From assembly GCA_008632985.1 (NCBI GenBank), contig QPGO01000062.1, positions 62,001 through 126,000 of the forward strand: a stretch of DNA of 64,000 bases. The letters are read 5' to 3'. Position 1 is the first letter of the stretch, and each line of letters opens with the position of its first letter. Positions 33,213-45,893 of the stretch are shown here, in pieces. The notes beneath the pieces are model-generated. The model saw nothing but the letters and a program-made list of their open reading frames with translations. It was not told the origin of the DNA and ran no database searches. Both the position numbers and the translations under genes were made by a program. The stretch is from Psammoneis japonica (Eukaryota).

Positions 33213-36200
33213 TCAGAGATCGTTGTCGATTTCTGATGGCTTCAGCATTCCCGGCACAGCACTTCGCTCTGCGTGAAGGGCCTGTGCTCTTTCCCTGGCT
33301 TCCCGTTCTGCTTCTTCGCTGAACAACCCGGAGTTATCCTCAACACTAAACTCCTTTAGCTGAATCAAAAAGTCTCGCAAGTGCGTCTTGAACGTTGGAA
33401 GATCCATCTTCAGATCAAACATGCCCTCAACGAAAGTGGCAACCTGCGTGCGGGTCAGGTTAGGAAAGCTCGTAATCAGCATGTTCGAGATATGATCCCT
33501 AAGAAAAGTTGGATTGTTTTGACCGGCTGGCGCAGTGGCCGGATCAAATAGCGGCACAGTTACTTGGTTCAATTGTACCAAGTGAACCATGTGCCGAAGA
33601 AGCGTCGCATGCATCTTGAACCCAGACTTGTGCAGGCGGTCAGTCATTACGGCAAACACATCTTGGATAAGAGAAAGAAGAAACTGTTGATAGAATCCTT
33701 GTGCGACGTTTGGTGTACGTCCGACATTCTGCAACAACTCGTAAAGAATATCAAGCCCCTGACAAATAGAAAAACGAAGGTTGAGACATAATTGCTGCGG
33801 CCAATCACGAGACCGCAACTTCATACGTCACTTACCGTATCTGCTATGTTCCGTTCCGTATGCTTCATCGCCCACACCACGGAATCCACAACCAGTTTCT
33901 GGTGTTCGGGTGGGATATTGAAAAGCGCGGGGAACGCGTGAGAATTGATCGCCTTGAGAAACTCAAAGAAGCGAATTCGATGTTCTGGGTAGTCTTCAAA
34001 GTTGGTCGTGATCATTTGAAGCGTGCACTCAAATACGGCTTCCATTATTCTTGGCACGTCATTGACGACATGACTCTTGAGTTTCTCAATTACAGTCGCA
34101 AACAGCGACAAGACCTCAGGATCCCGGGCACCGGCAATGTTTCGTTGGTAGTCTCCGAGGATTGGGTCGAGGACCGGAGGAATGAATCCTTGCGCTACGG
34201 CCTGTGGCTCCGCTTCCGGAGGACCACTCTTGTCAATAAACATTGTCAGCAACCTAAGGACTTCCTTCTTGGCACTTCGCATGGTACGGACCAATGACAT
34301 TTGCGTAGCAATCGCACCCTGCTGCGCTACGGCAGCCGAAATCCGTTCCGAGTACACCTTGTACACATTGAGCATGTCCAAAAAGAATGTCTGAAGCTGA
34401 TTTGTGAATAGGGAACCCACAGCTCGACACACTCGCTTGTTTGTTTTAAGGATTTTGATAATCTCCTTGATCGTATTCGGTTCATAGAGAGACTCGACAT
34501 TTTTGTTGGCAGCGTCCATGATAACCCTCCATGTCCTGTTGGGCATGTCCATCAGCTTGGTGAGAAGCAATGAGCGATCAATCGTCACCGCCTGGCCCTT
34601 ATCACTCAGCATACAACCCACAGCTTCGTAAAATGCCTGAATCTGATGAGGCTCCAAGTCACTAATGATGCTGGGCAGCGAATCCACAAGTTCGCAAATA
34701 AAGGGCACCGACTCGTCCGCTTGCAAAGTGACAAACTTTCGTTTGCACTTGGTGGCAATCTTGAGAAAGGTATCGCACGCCATATCTTGAACACCAGGGT
34801 GGACCTCGTGCATAAATTCAAATAGCTTGTTCACCACGGTCTTGAGGAATTTCCAATGAGCCTTGAGAAACCGCGGGTACTGTCCAACCACATACATGAT
34901 GTTACTGGCAATAACGGCCTTGTTGTCCTTGCCTCGTTTCTGCTCACAGAGCCCCAGTAAATCCTTGATGACCGTCACGAGAAACCTCTTCTCTTCGTCC
35001 TCCGCCATGGCTCCCGAAATCGAACCAATCGCCCAACAAAGAGTGTTCAGATTATTCCATGACCACGCCGATCCGTCCACTTGTTGTGTCAGTTTGGCCA
35101 GCATAATGCTCTCGGTATCGTCGCAATTCAAGTGAGTCAAGTACACAAGCGTGTCTTTCATGGTCTTGTATTGCGCAATCACATCCGTGTCTTTTGTGGT
35201 TTCCCGAACAATATCCCCGTTTTCGTCTTCGACAATCAACACTTCCTCTGGCTTGGCCATACTGGCAATCATGACTTGCCTGACTCCGGTCAAGACGGGG
35301 CCGTACATGAGTTTCCGGCTCGTTCCGTTTGTTGCATTCTTGCTGTCGCCGTTGAGATTCAAGACATTGGAATGTCGCGCATAGTTGTGTTCTGCCTTGT
35401 ACAAGTCCTCCGCCAGCATGTGCCATGCTTCCAAGCAGATTCGAAAGATCTCCGTATCCCGCACTTCGGACACCCGTACCAGATAAAACAATCCCTTCAA
35501 CAGCGCCTGCTGCGATTCCGGTGTCTTTTCCAGAGTAGTCAAATGAGCCTTGTAGAAACCGCTCAGAAACAAGGCCAGTCGCTGGATAAAGATACAGTCC
35601 TGCTCGGATCCGTTTTCAAAGGCCGGTTGGAGATTGGTTTCAGGCGTAAAGATTTGCTCCAATCGTTGCAAAAAGGTCTCGAGTAGCTCGCAAAAGACGG
35701 CATCGTATTTGGGCTCCAAGTCACTCAAATTGCCAATCTCCGTAAGACAATCCAGAGCATCGTTCCGAAAGAGGGGCTCGGGAAAAAACTTGTTCAACAG
35801 TGCGTTTATCAAGCGCGTTTCAAAGATGAAACCTAGCGGTATCCAGGTAAGAAAGCGTTGGAGAGTCTGGAGGGTGACCGTCAACAAACTCGGTCGCTGG
35901 CTGTGTTCCAGTATAAACTCACACAAATGATAAATTTGTGAAAACTCCGAGTTGAGACTCTCCTTCATGCGCTTGACCTTTTCCGTCACCATTTGATCCC
36001 TCGAAAAGTCAAATACTTCTTCGCTCAGCAGCTTGAGAATTTGCATATTGTTCTCGCACAGCACTTCGGATGTTTTAGAGGACCCCACCAAATCTGGAAT
36101 AAAGCTCGGCCAGTTTTGTGGCCATTCCTGTTTCAAAATTTGAACTAGCGTAAGATTGAGTTTTCCAATAAACACCTTTTCCGACTTCATGGTGGCCTCG

Positions 36201-36599
36201 TCTGAAGACATGGCAATGACCTTTCCCACCACATAATTCTTGATCCCATCGCGTTGTTCCTGCGGGAGGATCTTCCATCTGAATAATTGGTATATACAAC
36301 AGCTGTGTCAGGCGTCTATAAAGGCATATGTAGTATGAGTAACTTATATACGAAACATACCTCGTTCGAATCGCATCGTCCAGCACTTGTAAGCCAAAGA
36401 ATCGACTCTGAGGATTCTGAGCATTTTCTAAAATTGCATCCGCTTTCGTCCATACGTCGGGCGATTCTTGCAAAGCCATCAGGGCCTTATTCGCATCTGC
36501 ACGATGGGGAGATGACGGATCATAGGCCGCCGTGACGACCTGATCGAGTAGCGAGACTTCAAACTCCTTGAGGAGCCGCTCCGACATGCTTGCAGTCAT
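33213..36599 (-). CDS. XPO1: Exportin-1 (CRM1); exons 36599-36361, 36278-33836, 33758-33213
   Basis: [107 protein letters not shown] introns restore the frame. Confidence 0.97.
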
Positions 36600-37092
36600 G
36601 ATGAGTTGTTGTTGGTGGTTGTGTACCGAGATCTACGTAGATTCTACACAATCGTGTGAGATGGCGCACCCCGGGAAATCAAATACGCTCTGCTCGACCG
36701 AAGAAAAAGTCGTCACTGAAACAAAATACTATCGTCTCCACGATAACACCCTTACCGTATGCAATACAATCAAGCTATGAGAGAGGAAGAACAGATGGTC
36801 GTTGTTGGTAGAGACAAGGCCCACACGGCACTGCTCAGATCCAATGATCGTTGGTGCATGCTTTGCTTTCGATGTGGCTCTGAAGAGAGAGACATGCCAC
36901 GAGAGTTTGTACTGAAATCTACGTAGAAACATCGATGATCGTTCGGAACGATCAAAATCGTCAACGAATAGATTTTATTATTTGGTTGATTTCTACAAGA
37001 CTTCCTAGTATCTAAAAGCTGTATTTAACATATGCGACATTTGAGAGAACCCTTCCTTTAAATAAAGTTGAGTGCTCTCGTCCTCGTCGTCC

Positions 37093-38328
37093 TCACATTT
37101 TCGCCGCGTCCTCAGCCTTCTTCGCATCACTCGCTGAGTTTAATTGCTTACTCCCAATTATATTTCGCAACTGCATTCGTTCTTGCCAGGCAGGATTTTT
37201 GTTCTTTGCAATTCCTGGTGCAATGGGTCGACGTCCTTGCAGATTCAGATTGCCGATTTCGTTTGCCGAATAATCGTCTCGTCGAATGGCCAAAATGTCG
37301 GTCCAGTAGCCCATTTGGTAGCCATGATTACGTCCTTCTTGACCAGCTTTGGCAAACCACTGACATTGCTCGTATGGATCAGTTGGTCGAAAAAAGTCCG
37401 ACACGTAAGCACGACTTGGTCCGCCTTCGTAATCCCCCTTTGGATGCGACTGAAAAGCCAAGTCAAACAAATCGAAGTTGGCCTTGTGCAAAACTTCCAA
37501 AATATCCTTGACAGAAGAACATGTACCCATTTCCACACCTTTTGCTTGATCCAAAGCATCCACCCAGTATTCCAATAGTACAAATCGTGCCTTTTGCAAA
37601 TGACGCGACAGTCCCTTCAGTACATTTGCTTCTTGGCCTTGGACGTCAATTTTGACAAGATATAGATTGGCATCTTTATTCTTGCCAAACACATCTGTAT
37701 CCAGCACATCATCCAACGCAATAGTCTCTACTTCGGTTGTATCAATATTGTTGTTCCTTCCGGCTTGTTCTCGTTCATCCAAATTAACTCCAACCACATG
37801 ATCACCCGTTCCGCCATTGGTTGAGAACAAAAGCTTGTCTCCAGAGACGTTCGATACGGCCTTGTTGTACAGCGTCATTCGTGCCTTCTGGACATCGGAC
37901 AAGTCTTGATATTGACGCTCCATGCGGTTAAAGTTTTTTGGTGAGGGATCAAAGGAGAGTGTGGAAAATCCCATGAGGCTGGAAAAGGACGATTGAGCCA
38001 ACGAGAAGCAACCAACCTCCAAGACGTAATCATTCTCGGTAGGATGCGGGTGGTTCATTAGAAGAGACTCGAACATGGTATCCGAATCAAGATGTAAATG
38101 ACGAAGAATGGGATGAATAACAAAGTTATCATCCTTTTTCTGTTGGGGAGAGCGCAAGAAGCTCGAAGTAGTTGAGAGCAATCCATCACTCTCCTTGGAT
38201 GATGAGAACATGTAAAACAATAGGCATTGCATCGAAATCACAATGTGAATAAACCCAATCAGCAAAAAGATGAGAAATCTATCTCGACGTGGTGGTGTCG
38301 GTGGCGGTACCCTGAGGAGGCGCACCAT
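37093..38328 (-). CDS. FkbM-family (Methyltransf_21) methyltransferase, type II membrane protein, copy 1
   Basis: N-terminal TM helix; VLEVGC...SFDPSPKN...NKAVS...TIALDD...LVKIDVQGQEANVLKG. Confidence 0.82.
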   Translation of the reverse strand: MVRLLRVPPPTPPRRDRFLIFLLIGFIHIVISMQCLLFYMFSSSKESDGLLSTTSSFLRSPQQKKDDNFVIHPILRHLHLDSDTMFESLLMNHPHPTENDYVLEVGCFSLAQSSFSSLMGFSTLSFDPSPKNFNRMERQYQDLSDVQKARMTLYNKAVSNVSGDKLLFSTNGGTGDHVVGVNLDEREQAGRNNNIDTTEVETIALDDVLDTDVFGKNKDANLYLVKIDVQGQEANVLKGLSRHLQKARFVLLEYWVDALDQAKGVEMGTCSSVKDILEVLHKANFDLFDLAFQSHPKGDYEGGPSRAYVSDFFRPTDPYEQCQWFAKAGQEGRNHGYQMGYWTDILAIRRDDYSANEIGNLNLQGRRPIAPGIAKNKNPAWQERMQLRNIIGSKQLNSASDAKKAEDAAKM

Positions 38329-38545
38329 GGTTGATGATTCAGTAGGTCACAGCCTGTTTTGAGTTGATGCCAGGTTTTTTGTTTGAAAAAATTGTGAGCG
38401 GCCGTTGAGAGTCCAATACGTTTATACAGTCATTTTATGTATCATATTTTTATTGACGTATTAGCTTCTTAAGGTTATTATATCATCGTCCGTTGAGGAC
38501 CAAATCCCTGTTGATCGGTCCTTCACTATTTCGCAACCCCGGGGT

Positions 38546-39715
38546 TCAATGTAATGGTGTGCTCCCGGCTGCATTTCGCAACTGCATTCGTTCTTGCCAT
38601 GCAGGATTTTTGTTCCTCGCAATTCCTGGTCCAACAGGCAAACGTCCTTGCAGATTCAGATTGCCGATTTCGTTTGCCGAATACTCGTCTAGTCGAATTG
38701 CCAAAATGTCGGTCCAATAGCCCATTTGGTACCCATGATTACGTCCTTCTTGACCAGCTTTGACAAACCACTGACAATGCTCGTACGGATCAGTTGGTCG
38801 AAAAAAATCCGACACGTAAGCACGACTTGGTCCGCCTTCGTAATCGCCCTTTGGATGCGACTGAAAAGTCAGGTCAAACAAATCGAAGTTTGCATTGTGC
38901 AAAACTTCCAATATATCCTTGACAGAAGAACATGTACCCATTTCTACACCTTTTGCTTGATCCAAAGCATCCACCCAATACTTTACCAGCACAAATCGTG
39001 CCTTTTGCAAATGACGCGATAGTCCCTTCAGTACATTTGCTTCGTAGCCTTGGACGTCGATTTTCACTAGAAACAGATTGGCGTCTTTGTTTTTTCCAAA
39101 CACATCTTTATCCAGTACATCATCCAACGCAACAGTCTCTACTTCGGTTGTATCGATTTTACTATTTCTGCCCGGTTGTTCTCGTTCATCCAAGTTTACT
39201 CCAACCACATGATCACCGGTTCCGCCATTGGTCGAGAACAAGAGCTTGTCTCCAGATTCATTCGATACAGCCTTGTTATATAGCGTCATTCGTTCCTTTT
39301 GGATATCGGACAGGCTTTGGTATTGACGTTCCATACGATGAAAGTTCTTTGGCGAGGGATCAAAGGAGAGTGTGGAAAATCCCATGAGACTCGATAGAGA
39401 CGATTGAGCCAAGGAGTAGCAACCAACCTCCAAAACATAATCATTCTTTGTAGGATGCGGGTGGTTCATAAGTAGAGTCTCGAACATGGTATCCGAATCA
39501 AGATGTAGGTGACGAAGAATGGGATGAATAACAAAGTTCTCATGTTCTGATTGTTGGTGAGTGCGCAAGATTCTCGACGTAGTCGAGAGCAATCGATCAC
39601 TCTCATTATTAGACGATAATATGATGTAGAAAAAAATACACTGGATCGAAATCACTATGGTAAATGCAATCAGCATAAAGACGAGATAACGATCTTTCCA
39701 GAGGAGGCGCACCAT
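38546..39715 (-). CDS. FkbM-family methyltransferase, tandem duplicate copy 2
   Basis: Highly similar to copy 1; the likely start MVRLLW at 39715 mirrors MVRLLR of copy 1. Confidence 0.82.
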   Translation of the reverse strand: MVRLLWKDRYLVFMLIAFTIVISIQCIFFYIILSSNNESDRLLSTTSRILRTHQQSEHENFVIHPILRHLHLDSDTMFETLLMNHPHPTKNDYVLEVGCYSLAQSSLSSLMGFSTLSFDPSPKNFHRMERQYQSLSDIQKERMTLYNKAVSNESGDKLLFSTNGGTGDHVVGVNLDEREQPGRNSKIDTTEVETVALDDVLDKDVFGKNKDANLFLVKIDVQGYEANVLKGLSRHLQKARFVLVKYWVDALDQAKGVEMGTCSSVKDILEVLHNANFDLFDLTFQSHPKGDYEGGPSRAYVSDFFRPTDPYEHCQWFVKAGQEGRNHGYQMGYWTDILAIRLDEYSANEIGNLNLQGRLPVGPGIARNKNPAWQERMQLRNAAGSTPLH

Positions 39716-40179
39716 GGTGGATACATCGCACTGCAAACTGAAAATTATATGTATACGTACATATTGCAAATGGTCACACGACATTGTCGTAACTGATAGG
39801 ATAACTGTTTTACTTCAAGGGGCTTAATGAAACAATGCTTTGATGACAATGACTCCCCATGTACCAAATACAAAAAGTGTCTCTTTGAGTCTCTGATGAA
39901 GTATTATATGCATGATGTCATCAATATGATAGTTGTGCACGAAAAAGACGAAAACAATCAAAACAAAGAGAAAAAAAGAAACTGTGACACCAAAAATACC
40001 TGGTATTGTAAATGACAAATGAGGAGAAAAACGAGAAACGGAGTCCGGTGAAAAGGCGAAAACGAGGAAACACACCGAACAACGCGAGGAGCGAGGAGCC
40101 GGGACGCTGGAACGAACCAACACGTTGATCGCGTTGTCGGTTGTTATTAGAAAACATTGACTGTTGCCATAGTAGCATT

Positions 40180-40542
40180 ATGAGTGCCGCAACTTCAACT
40201 GCTTCATCTGTAGACACGTTTGATAAGCCCAAACTCGTGCTGCTGAAGCGTCAAAAGCAAACGTTTTGCGTTTCCTATCATTCGTCCGACACGACGGTGG
40301 AGTATCTCAAACAGCAAGTCGAAAAGGCCTTGCAGGATACATGCCGACAAGACACAAGTCAGGTCGTCAAGGTGGATGATATGCTTGTGTACAATCCTCA
40401 GGAAGACAACAAAGTGCTTGAAAACGACTCGGAGCTCCGGGATTTTCGCAACAACCAAGAGTTGTACATTGTCTTTAAGAAGTCGGACAATGAGTGGGAG
40501 TCCATCGACGTGGTACCTACCGTGGATGCCATGGGAGAATGA
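40180..40542 (+). CDS. Elongin-B-like ubiquitin-fold protein
   Basis: LVLLKRQKQTF...TVEYLKQQVEKAL...VLEND...LYIVFKKSDNEWESIDVVP parallels elongin B (FLMIRRHKTTIF...TVFELK...LAFRADDTFEALCIEP). Confidence 0.6.
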   Translation: MSAATSTASSVDTFDKPKLVLLKRQKQTFCVSYHSSDTTVEYLKQQVEKALQDTCRQDTSQVVKVDDMLVYNPQEDNKVLENDSELRDFRNNQELYIVFKKSDNEWESIDVVPTVDAMGE

Positions 40543-40988
40543 TTCGCTCGGTAGTTTCGTCGCTGGTTTGGTGGCTGAAGGAAATTTCAACATTGAAATT
40601 AGAGATGGATTTCTTCTGATTTGGGGAGGCGTGTTAGAAAGAATCTGGTCTAAGTCTACAAGAAAATAGAATCCTCAATCCGTCATTTTGTTTTCTCTAG
40701 AGAAGTTATAAGGGATCAGAGCTATAAAACTTGGATCGAAACCCGAAATTTCCATGACAGAGGAGTAAAGGAATATATCGTTCCAACTTGAACCGCGGAT
40801 AATCTTTTTGTCGTTGGCACCTTTATCGAACAAAAGCAAAAGGATTACTGCAAATTGATGCAACCGAAAAGTCGAATGCCTTTGCGACCTTACATGTAGT
40901 AGCACTGCTTGGTCGAACGTTTGCGTCTTTTAGTGTGTTGCAATCTCATCCAGGCCGTATGAAGCCGAATATTATCAGTTCCATCCTC

Positions 40989-41670
40989 TCATGCTTCACG
41001 CTCCTTCTTCTTTGCAATCACGTCTTCGACAGCCTTCTTTTTGTAATCTGCATTAAACGAATCAACATCTCCCTTTGAACCGGCGGAACTGTATGATAAA
41101 TGAGCAGCAGCGTCGTATGGAATCGACAAATCATTGGGATCATCCTTCCCCTCTCGCTTGAACTTTTTTGCAGTCACCATGGCTACAGCCTTCTCAGTAT
41201 ATTCTTGTTTGAAGTCTTCAAAGTCTCCAGTCGCTCCAACCTGTTCGTATTCCAAATGAGCCGCGGCGTCATATGGGATGGAAACGTCCACGTCTTCTGA
41301 CAAAGAAGTAGACTCTGAAGTAGAAGATGTTGTTGATGTGATATCAGTTCCTCCTTCTTGATTGCCACACCACCACCAAGTTTTGTAAAGGCAAATCCAG
41401 CAGCACCAGCCAGCAGCACAGCAGCTGGAATAAGTGTCATTGTGTCAAAACCGCCGCCGACCGCCGCATCTGGAGTACGTAGCGGCGGCAACCTCAGCTA
41501 CCTCGGAAGCAACCTCGGAAAGGTGAAAGCTGATATCCGGAAAAAGCTGGCGTCGAGTGACGACAGCTCGTGTGGTTGTACGAGCGTGAGGTGCGGTAAA
41601 TGCTTTTGCTCCGTACACACCAATACCGGTAGCCAACAAGGCAACAAAAGAAAAGCGTGGAGTCGCACAT
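40989..41670 (-). pseudogene. Putative plastid/thylakoid single-TM protein with two SIPYDAAAHLxY repeats, frameshifted
   Basis: The presequence-like segment (FVALLATGIGVYGAKA|FTAP), the TM segment (LIPAAVLLAGAAGFAF) and the YDAAA repeats lie in different frames with no room for introns. Confidence 0.45.
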
Positions 41671-41964
41671 GGTGGTCGTTCGAATTTGTGAGCAAACAAG
41701 AGCTCAACACTTTTTTTCTTGTGAAGCAAAAAAGATTCGATTACGTAGTAGGATTCTCGTACAATCAAATCCACGTAGAGATCTTTTATCTCGAGCTCCC
41801 AGATATATATAATATATAATAGCTTGTGCAATATATATTTCTTTATATTAATGAACGAACAATTCATATTTCCAGCCGTTGGAGCGCCGCAAAAAAAGCG
41901 CGAAAACCATTGAGATTTGGGCGATTGCGGCGCAAAAATTGTGCCATCTTCATCTTGTAGCATC

Positions 41965-43136
41965 ATGTTTCTTGTTGTTGTAGCAGCACTAACAGTCCGC
42001 TCGCTAGGCCGTGCTCAGGAGTATGGAGTTGATGTACGTTTGATTATTCATTTTGTAATTGTCAAAAAACCCGGTCTGAGCTTTTGCGTTCGGTTGCCGT
42101 GTGAACAGAACTGATTGTCATGATCTATCGTCATTTCCTCCTCTTTAGGTATCTTTTCCTATGCAACACTTTGAAATCTCGAAAGACAATCAAGTACTTG
42201 GTCCCAACAAACAAGAGTTCTATGATTCGTTTCTTCAAGGTTGCCGCGACTACTTTGGCGAAGAGAGTGAAAGGTGTGATGAGTGTGAATCGGGGAGAAT
42301 CAAGTTGAACGCCGAGCAACCCGCTAGAATGAAGGTATGTTATTGTAACATACGCTTACCTCTTTTTCTTCTAGAGTGTCTGAATGTCCTTTTCCCCTGT
42401 CCTTCTTCTTAATAATCATCTGCTGCGCTTGCTTTTCTTAAAAGAATTTCACGAGCCTAGGATTTGCCAAACTTCGATTGCCAGAAAATAGCTTGAAACT
42501 CCTGACAAAATTTTGGGAAGCCAACAAGGACCGACTTGAAATGGAGGACTGGCCAGTAGGAAACACATTCACCAACCAATGGACAATTACGTCAAGTATG
42601 GCGTTCATTGACCTACCTGACTATGAGGGCGGTGGGCCGGACCTTGTGAACGCCATTGTGAATGACGTGAAACCAACATTGGAAGAGTGGACCAAGGTCC
42701 CGGATTTGGAACTATCCTCCATTTATGGGGTTCGATCCTACCCCACCGGCTCGGTTTTGGCCCCACACGTGGATCGGGGTGCGTTGATCTCGTCTGCCAT
42801 AATTAATGTAGCTCAAGATGTGGATGAGCCGTGGCCGTTGGAAGTTATTGCGCATGACGGACTTGCATACAATGTCTCCATGGATGTAGGTAAGTGGCCG
42901 CAACTGCATCGCTTTCGGACCGCATTGCAGATGGCCTAACTTCTCACCCTCCGTCTAAAAATTGTCAAAAAGGCGACCTTGTGTTGTATGAGAGCCACTC
43001 TGTGATTCATGGACGCCCGTTTCCCCTCAAGGGACGCTATTTTGCAAACGTTTTCGTGCATTTTACGCCACCTGGCTATGCGGAAGAGTATGGTCTGGTG
43101 GAAGAAGATGAGGAAGTGGAAACAGATGAGCTTTAA
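41965..43136 (+). CDS. Secreted/ER 2OG-Fe(II) oxygenase (prolyl-hydroxylase-like), four exons
   Basis: Signal peptide, EYGVD/VSFPM, SIYGVRSY...LAPHVDR...SAIINVAQD...GDLVLYESHSVIHGRPFPLKGRYFANVFVHF; C-terminal TDEL. Confidence 0.8.
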
Positions 43137-43509
43137 GCCCGCCTTCTGTAGTATTTGATTCCAAAATCTTCGAGTACACACGTGTACCTAGCCCTTGCCT
43201 ATTTATACCTTGAATAGGTTCTCTAGACTATGAGGTATGCGCCTTCTTATCTCAGCGATTAGCTAGTCTATGTGTCGTTCCCTGCTGAAGCCGAATGGAG
43301 GTTGTCGAGCATTGTCAATGAGTGGTGTTACCACCATTCCACTGGTGGGGATGTGCTTCCGATTGATTGCTACCTCCACGGTGAAGGACCGTGAGCTATA
43401 CTGTACGTAGCTCTAGACTTGCAAGCTCCCTCTCCGAAGGATAGATGAGCTACAAAGCTTGACAACTGCCAGCACATTAAACTAACACCGGCTCTGTAAA
43501 AAGTATGAC

Positions 43510-45270
43510 CTGTTGATCATGCCTGCTGCTCTTGCCGTTCAACGCACGCATGGCCTTTGCAAGACCACCCTCTGGAAAATCCTTTTGGTGAGATCTTTAA
43601 TCATTTGCAAGGTTCCTTCGTCAAGTGTAAAGGCCGGTTCATCACCCAGTGGTTTCTGAGCCTTGCTGTTGTCCATGATGTGCGTGACGGACACAAGTTC
43701 AAACGTGGTGCAGGAGAGCAGGCCAAGTTCTGTGGGAACAGAAAGACCAAGGCTTGCATGCTGAATTCCATCATGGACACCAACAAAAAGAGAAGGGTGG
43801 ACAACATTCTTTGATGGACAAGGGATGGCACAATGGCACGCACTTGCCAAAAGATGTCCACGGCCCTGACTGGATCCCTCCTGTTTGCAATGAGAAAAGT
43901 TTCTCCACTGCACTTGCCCAAATTTAGACGCCACCTCTTAGGCAGCAAATGCCCCAAGACTGCATTGTCATTGAACACCCAACCAATGACCAAACATTTG
44001 AAACCAATCACAGGAGCATGCATGTCTCAAAAGGTTGGGACAAAACTGAGTTGATCCAAATGATGAAAGATTCCACTGGCTGGTCAAATGACTTCAAAAG
44101 CTGGTGCATTGGAGTGAGCAGCACAGTGGGATGGAGCTTCTTCCTTCTCAGCCAGTGCCTTGGAACAAGGAGTGTGTGCCAAGATGTGGCACCTGATTTC
44201 TCTGTGATGGGCATGAACCGTGCTTCGTTGCCATGCACAGGCAACTCAGCCATGTGATGGCAAGTGGCTCCTGCCGTGGAACTGCTTGTCAGTGCAAAAG
44301 ACTCAACATGTGATTCATCAGATGCCGTTGACAAATTGAGCACACCCTCCACATTGACCTTGCAGCTGAGTGGCCACTGTGACTTTTTTCCAATGAGAAT
44401 GAGAAATGACGGCTGCTGCATTGAAAACAATGTGGTGCTCAATTGCAGATGTGGCATCTTGGAAAGACTCCACAGATTTGTTACATCACCTTTTGTGTGG
44501 TGACTCCAATCAAGTGCATTCCCTTCAGCATGCTCTTCACATCAAATCCACACATCTGTGTCTCCCCACGTTGCTGTGAAAGTTGTGTGAGTCCTCTCCC
44601 AATTCCACTGGCATGAGCCATGAGACAAACCTCTTTTGTGTCTTCTCGGCATCATTTGTTGCATTTGCTTTCAACAGTTGCTTGCATTTTGCACTCGGCT
44701 GCCATGACTTGAGACAAAGTTGTTTTGATTCCAACAAGTTGGCGACAGCGGAAATTGCCAGTGGCACCAGCAGTGATGCACGGGGCAAGGGCTGAAGAGA
44801 AACAATGTTTGCAGGTCAAAGCAATTGGGGGACTTGTGCTCAAGAGAAGCCCATGCATCATTGGAGATGACAAAGTCAAATGCTGCATTGAATGATTGCT
44901 CAAAGATCACTCTTTGACCTTTGACTTCGGCCCTGAAGTGCCGGCGAAAAATGTCTGGAGCTCTGGCGAAACTTCCACTGAAAGGAAATGGAAACAACAG
45001 CAGAAACACAGCCAGCAATTGAACAACTGCCGTTACACAAACCGGTGCGTCCGACAGCATTGCATCAACACGCCACAAACCTTGAGCACACATGCCGGTC
45101 CACGGCAAGGCAGGTGCCGGCAGGCGCCAACAAATCAATCAAATAAATAAAAAAGCGCGGGAATGTCGTGTGTCCGTCGAACGACCTGTCATTTGCCGCC
45201 CGGAATCGGGAAGGAAGATGAGACATTGTAACGGACAATGGTGACATTCTTGTGGGTCGCGTCACAGAAC
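43510..45270. mobile_element. Degenerate TpA-depleted transposon relic (possibly a Gypsy protease region)
   Basis: Abrupt loss of TA relative to both flanks; fragments such as LPKFRRH, DCIVIEHP and ITGACMSQKVG loosely recall diatom Gypsy retropepsin. Confidence 0.45.
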
Positions 45271-45893
45271 TCACCTAAGTAAAAAAAAGACTCAATTAAA
45301 GTCGGACACTGCTTGCACCAGTCACAATGCTTTGTGTCATTACCAAAACATAGAATCCTTTCTTACGTGAATGTGTACGAAGAAATCTACGCAATACCGG
45401 TCTCAGCAACCGAAAGTCACAAAGATCCTGAACAATTGCTGTGGATATAAATAGTCATTATCAATGATGCGATACTAACATTTATGTATCGGTAGAATGA
45501 GCACTCAATTGCTAGATGACAAATATCAAGGTCATAATGATCCATTCATCCAATATTGCCTCCAACTAAGCAGTATCGCAAAGTATGTCATACTCATTGT
45601 CCGATGGCGTGTTTCTTGCGCATAAATCAAAATTTTCAATCGATAGGTCATAATAAGTGATGATGTGTCGTTGCTTTTGCGACAAAAAAAATTTGAGTGA
45701 ACTGCTTCATACTGGATACAAAGTGATGCAACGCTGTTTCAACACTGTGTCGAACACAACAGCTGCAAATCGCAGTTCATTTCCTGTTACAATCGCAAAA
45801 TTGCAAGAATTCGACACTTCTAACGGTGTTTCTTTGGTACGAAGTATCGGCATCCTGAGTCCTGCGAGCGAGAGCAAAGCGGGATAATCAAAC

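Noticed and set aside
43180..43440. Possible solo LTR before the 43.5-kb relic (TG...CA followed by ctccctctcc)
   Set aside because: No second copy or TSD in the window to support it.
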